Assembly: GCA_963815115.1 (NCBI GenBank) | Contig: CAWFFN010000011.1 | Coordinates: 1-10,840, forward strand | Source: an uncultured delta proteobacterium | GTDB lineage: Bacteria; Desulfobacterota; Binatia; DP-6 | DNA: 10,840 nucleotides | Direction: 5' to 3' | Position numbers and translations under genes: made by a program | The notes under the pieces: generated by a model | What the model was told of the DNA's origin: nothing | The model's database searches: none | What the model saw: only the letters and a program-made list of their open reading frames with translations | Shown: piece by piece, positions 7,016-10,840 of the stretch | How the letters are laid out: the number at the start of each line of letters is the position of its first letter | How positions within the stretch are numbered: position 1 is the stretch's first letter

Positions 7016-7585
7016 ATGACGGTAGCGACAGACACGATCCGCAACGGTGTGGACACCGAGAAGATGTTCGCCACGCTGGACTTGATCAAGGCGCAGCCGG
7101 AGCTAGCGAGGTTCCAGTTCCGGGCCACCAACCGCTGGATCGACGGCGCCCACAACCGCTCGACGATCAAGGGCTTCTATGCCGCGGGCGGCGAGGACGC
7201 CACGCGCAGCGAAGAGTTCCGGATCGACGCGGGCGAGCCGGCGATCCTGCTCGGCAGCGACACCGGTCCCAACCCGGCGGAGTACCTGTTGCACGCGCTC
7301 GCCGCCTGCCTGACGACGTCGATCGTCTACGTGGCCGCGGCGCGCAGGGTGCAGCTCACGTCGGTCGAGTCGACCCTCACGGGCGACATGGACGTGCGCG
7401 GCGCACTCGGCGTCGACGACGAGCCGCGCAACGGGTTCGAGCGCATCGGCGTGACGTTCCGCGTGACGGGGAACGCTCCCGAGGACAAGCTCCGCGAGGT
7501 CGTGGAGCGGGCCCGGAAGCGCTCGGCCGTCTACGACATGGTCACCAACGGCGTGTCCGTCGCCGTGGGGGTGGAGACCGACTGA
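7016..7585 (+). CDS. OsmC/Ohr family protein
   Basis: 'GEPAILLGSDTGPNPAEYLLHALAACLTTS' signature; AGGAGG RBS at 7003-7008 before ATG 7016. Confidence 0.92.
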   Translation: MTVATDTIRNGVDTEKMFATLDLIKAQPELARFQFRATNRWIDGAHNRSTIKGFYAAGGEDATRSEEFRIDAGEPAILLGSDTGPNPAEYLLHALAACLTTSIVYVAAARRVQLTSVESTLTGDMDVRGALGVDDEPRNGFERIGVTFRVTGNAPEDKLREVVERARKRSAVYDMVTNGVSVAVGVETD

Positions 7586-7662
7586 GCCTCGCATGCAGGC
7601 CCGTGGCCGACGCCACCGCGCTCCGGCCACGGGTGCGTGAGGGGCGGATTGGAGAGTCCGTG

Positions 7663-8880
7663 ATGCCGATCGAACTCACAACCCACACCGACGCCGGTGC
7701 CCGCCTCGTGGCGATCGCCGAGCGGCTCTGCGACCAGCTCGCCGCCTGCGCCGCTGAGCACGACCGCGACGGCACGTACCCGTTCGAGGCGATCGAGGCG
7801 CTCAAGGCGACCGGCTACTTCGCGGCGCCCGTCCCCGTCGAGCTCGGTGGGCTCGGCGTCTCGTCCGCGCACGACCTCGTCGTGGCGTCAAGCCGCCTGG
7901 CGCGCGGCGACGCCTCCGTTGCGATCGGCGTGAACATGCACCTCGTCGCGGTGCACAACATGGAGCGCCGCCGCCAGGTCGCGGTCGCCGCCGGGGAAGA
8001 GCGCCGCGCCCGCGGCTTTGCATCATCGCTCGAGCAGATCGCCCGCGAAGGCGTGGTGCTGGCCGCCGCGATCAGCGAGCCTGGCCAAGACCTGACCAGG
8101 CCGAGCACGCGCGCCACCCGCACGGTGTCCGGCTGGCGAATCGACGGTCGCAAGCTGTTTTGCACCATGTCCCCCGCCGCCACCGACCTCTACGTCGCCG
8201 TCACGTATGCCGACGGCGAGGGAGCTGAGCGCTACGCGTACGCGATGGTCCCCACCGGCGCGCCCGGCGTCACGGTTCACGACGACTGGGACGCGCTCGG
8301 CATGCGCGCCTCCGGCAGCAACTCAGTCTCGCTCGAGGGCGTCGAGCTGCCCGAGTCCGGTGTGCGCGGTGGCTTTCGCGCCGGCGATCCGACGCCGTAC
8401 ATGGAGCGCAACCTAGTGGCCGGGCTGTTCCACGCCGCAGCCTCGCTCGGCATCGCCGAGTCGGCCGACGAGGTCGCCCGCCGCGGCGTCGCCGGGCGCA
8501 TCAACGGCCCTGCGCGCCCGCTCGTGCAGGTGGCTGGCAACGCCGTCGACCTAGCCGCCTCCCGCGGCGTCCTCTCGCGCGCCGCTGCGCTGATCGATCA
8601 CCACCGCGCCGCCAACCCGGCCTCCGACGGCACCGCCGAGGAACTCGGCGCGCTGTTCGCCGAGGCCCAGGCCGCCAAGGCGTTCGTCAACGAAGCAGCC
8701 GCCCGCATCGTGGACCGCGCGCTCGGCCTCTCGGGCGGCGCCGGCTACCTCAACGGCAGCCTTCTCGCGCGGGCGTACCGCGACGTCAAGGCCGGCTCCT
8801 TCATGCACCCGCTTGGCGCCAACCGCGCGTATGACTACCTCGGCCACGTCGCTCTCGGCGAAGAGGCGTCGCTGCACTGA
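7663..8880 (+). CDS. Acyl-CoA dehydrogenase-fold protein, probably a two-component flavin-dependent monooxygenase
   Basis: 'AAEHDRDGTYP', 'PVELGGLG', 'LARGDASVAIGVNMH', 'GWRIDGRKLFCTMS', 'DDWDALGMRASGSNSV', 'GGAGY...LARAYRDVKAG'. GGAG RBS at 7651-7654. The adjacent flavin reductase supports monooxygenase function. Confidence 0.9.
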   Translation: MPIELTTHTDAGARLVAIAERLCDQLAACAAEHDRDGTYPFEAIEALKATGYFAAPVPVELGGLGVSSAHDLVVASSRLARGDASVAIGVNMHLVAVHNMERRRQVAVAAGEERRARGFASSLEQIAREGVVLAAAISEPGQDLTRPSTRATRTVSGWRIDGRKLFCTMSPAATDLYVAVTYADGEGAERYAYAMVPTGAPGVTVHDDWDALGMRASGSNSVSLEGVELPESGVRGGFRAGDPTPYMERNLVAGLFHAAASLGIAESADEVARRGVAGRINGPARPLVQVAGNAVDLAASRGVLSRAAALIDHHRAANPASDGTAEELGALFAEAQAAKAFVNEAAARIVDRALGLSGGAGYLNGSLLARAYRDVKAGSFMHPLGANRAYDYLGHVALGEEASLH

Positions 8881-8881
8881 G

Positions 8882-9385
8882 ATGACGCTCGCAGCTCCAG
8901 CCCCCGCGGCGCCAGCGCCCAAGGCGCGCTCGTTCCGTGACGCGCTCGGCAGGTTCGCGACCGGCGTCGCGTTCGTCACCGCGGCGCCTGACGACGAGCC
9001 GGTCGGGTTGATCGTGAACTCGCTCACCTCCGTCTCGCTCGAGCCGCCCCTAGTCTCGTTCTGCCCAGCGCGGAGCTCGCTCACGTGGTCGCGGATGCGT
9101 CGCGCGGGACACTTCGGAGTGAACGTGCTGGGGCGGCAACACGAGCGGTTCGCAGTGCGCGCGACCCCTGTCGGCGCGGAACGATTCGCCGGCCTCGACT
9201 GGGAACTCGGACCCCGGGGCGCGCCGCTGCTCAGCGATGCCCTCGCCACACTCGAGTGCGAGATCCTCGCCGAGCACCCCGCCGGCGACCACTGGATCGT
9301 CGTCGGCCGCGTCGATGCCCTGCGCACCTCGCCCCTCAAAGACCCGCTCGTCTTCTTCGCCGGCGCATTCGGCGCCCTGAGATAA
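8882..9385 (+). CDS. Flavin reductase family protein (HpaC/RutF/DszD-like)
   Basis: 'FRDALGRFATGVAFVT', 'SLTSVSLEPPLVSFC', 'FGVNVL', 'AGDHWIVVGRV', 'PLVFFAGAF'. ATG lies 1 nt after the upstream TGA, consistent with translational coupling. Confidence 0.94.
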   Translation: MTLAAPAPAAPAPKARSFRDALGRFATGVAFVTAAPDDEPVGLIVNSLTSVSLEPPLVSFCPARSSLTWSRMRRAGHFGVNVLGRQHERFAVRATPVGAERFAGLDWELGPRGAPLLSDALATLECEILAEHPAGDHWIVVGRVDALRTSPLKDPLVFFAGAFGALR

Positions 9386-9687
9386 CGAATGAAGACAACG
9401 GCCCGGCCACCCGAAGAGCCTTCCATCCCCGACAAACGGGGCGTCTCCGCAGAGGTGCCGACGACGCTCGGTGTGGACGAGACGCGACAGCGCGCCCACC
9501 CCAACGCCGGGCCTCTGAATCCTCGGGACGATGCGAGAGCTGACCTCGGAGAAGACCTCCTTTCGCTCCCCCGCGGTACTCGTGGCCGGCCAAACCAGTC
9601 ACCCGCCTTGCGCGGCCAGCGGGGTACGGAAGCGCCGGAAGCGGAGCCGCGTGTCCCACGCGGCCGCAGAGCCCTGCTTTCCGCGCA

Positions 9688-10781
9688 GTGGGCTATCCAT
9701 TTGAGTCAGGTAGTCTCGGGTTCGTGCCGACAGCGGGCAAGGACTATCCGGGTTCCTACGGCGAGCTGCTGGCGTGGTTCCCTGATAATCACGCGTGCAT
9801 CGACTATCTCGAGTGGTTGCGCTGGCCCGAGGGGTTCCGCTGCCCGCGGTGTGTCAGTCGCGCCGGCTGGCGGTTGAGTTCCGGCCGTTGGGAGTGCACG
9901 GTGTGTGGGCGCCAGACGTCGGTGACGGCGGGGACGATCTTCCACCGCACGCGCACCCCACTGCCGACGTGGTTCGCGGCGGCGTGGCTGATGACAAGCC
10001 AGAAGCAAGGCGTTTCGGCGCTTGGACTTCAGCGGGTGCTGGGCCTCGGTTCCTACCAGACGGCGTGGGCGATGCTGCACCGGTTTCGCTTGGCGATGCT
10101 ACGCCCAGGCCGCGAGCGGCTGAGCGGCTGGGTGGAGGTCGACGAGGCGTACGTCGGAGGTCTCGAGGGTACCGTCCACGGTCGGGAAACGGCGACGAAG
10201 TCGATCGTCGCGATCGCCGTTGAGATCAAGCAGCCCAAGGGTTTCGGGCGGATCCGACTGCAGTCGGTCCCGGACGTCTCACAGGGCAGCCTGATCCCGT
10301 TCATCGAAGCGACCGTCGAGCCCGGCGCGACGGTCCACACCGATGGATGGCAGGCGTACTGGACCGTGCCCGAGCACGGCTACCTGCACGAGCGGACGAT
10401 CATGCGCAAGCAGAACGACCCGGCGCACGTCGTGATGCCAGGCGTCCACCGCGTCGCCAGCTTGCTCCAGCGCTGGCTGCTCGGCACCCACCAGGGCGGG
10501 GTCGGCCCCGAACACCTCGACGCATACCTCAACGAGTTCACCTTCCGGTTCAACCGCCGGCACTCACGGCGCCGGGGAATGCTCTTCTACCGCCTGCTCG
10601 AACAGTCGATCGCAGCCGAACCGGTCACCTACAGCAGCCTGATCGCCAACCCAAAGGCGACCGGCCGGCAAGCGACGCCTCCATCACGTCCAGGACGCGT
10701 CGCCTCGGTTCCCGCAGTCCACCGGCCGTGGCGGCAAACCCCAGCGAATACACGCTCCCCTGACCCAAATGGATAGCCCAT
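9688..10781 (+). mobile_element. IS1595-family insertion sequence (about 1094 bp)
   Basis: Inverted repeats TGGGCTATCCATTTGAGTCAGG (9689-9710) and CCTGACCCAAATGGATAGCCCA (10759-10780), 21/22 complementary; 8-bp direct repeat TCCGCGCA at 9680-9687 and 10782-10789. Confidence 0.93.
9724..10776 (+). CDS. IS1595-family transposase (zinc ribbon + ISXO2-like DDE domain)
   Basis: CPRC...CTVC zinc ribbon, 'TAGTIFHRTR', catalytic 'VEVDEAYVGG', 'VHTDG', 'YLNEFTFRFNRR'. GTG 9724 preferred because 9688 is the element end. The stop codon lies inside the right inverted repeat. Confidence 0.94.
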   Translation: MPTAGKDYPGSYGELLAWFPDNHACIDYLEWLRWPEGFRCPRCVSRAGWRLSSGRWECTVCGRQTSVTAGTIFHRTRTPLPTWFAAAWLMTSQKQGVSALGLQRVLGLGSYQTAWAMLHRFRLAMLRPGRERLSGWVEVDEAYVGGLEGTVHGRETATKSIVAIAVEIKQPKGFGRIRLQSVPDVSQGSLIPFIEATVEPGATVHTDGWQAYWTVPEHGYLHERTIMRKQNDPAHVVMPGVHRVASLLQRWLLGTHQGGVGPEHLDAYLNEFTFRFNRRHSRRRGMLFYRLLEQSIAAEPVTYSSLIANPKATGRQATPPSRPGRVASVPAVHRPWRQTPANTRSPDPNG

Positions 10782-10840
10782 TCCGCGCAAAGGAGGCGCG
10801 ACCCAGGAATCACGATATGCATGCAGACCGACGAAAGCGA

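Noticed and set aside
6822-7016. N-terminal 65 aa of the 417-aa regulator ORF
   Set aside because: Runs through the divergent promoter region up to the OsmC start; homology-like sequence begins at KHETRF.
6871-7662. 669-aa version of the acyl-CoA dehydrogenase-fold ORF
   Set aside because: The first 264 aa are Arg-rich shadow translation overlapping OsmC; the real start is at 7663 with an RBS.
9389-9877. 162-aa ORF after the flavin reductase
   Set aside because: Pro/Arg-rich, has no motif, and crosses the IS boundary out of frame with the transposase.

Overview
Very GC-rich (by eye about 70%) accessory region, probably from an actinomycete (Thermoleophilia/Solirubrobacterales-like; this is inference). 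Left to right: a YhcG/DUF1016 PD-(D/E)XK nuclease gene converging on a frameshifted NERD-domain gene; a short tyrosine recombinase consisting of little more than the catalytic domain; a divergent hypothetical gene; a complete ORF-less 845-nt group II intron on the minus strand (4126-4970), which the ORF track misses; an alpha/beta-hydrolase-LuxR regulator divergent from an OsmC / acyl-CoA-dehydrogenase-fold monooxygenase / flavin reductase operon; and an intact IS1595-family element with terminal inverted repeats and an 8-bp target duplication. The intergenic DNA is full of imperfect palindromes, several carrying CCTGCT or TGCT-N1-3-CGCGC motifs. The intron's EBS2/EBS1 loops are complementary to this motif, the intron splits one such palindrome, and the IS also inserted into one. 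Whether these palindromes and the small recombinase form an integron-like cassette system is the main open hypothesis.
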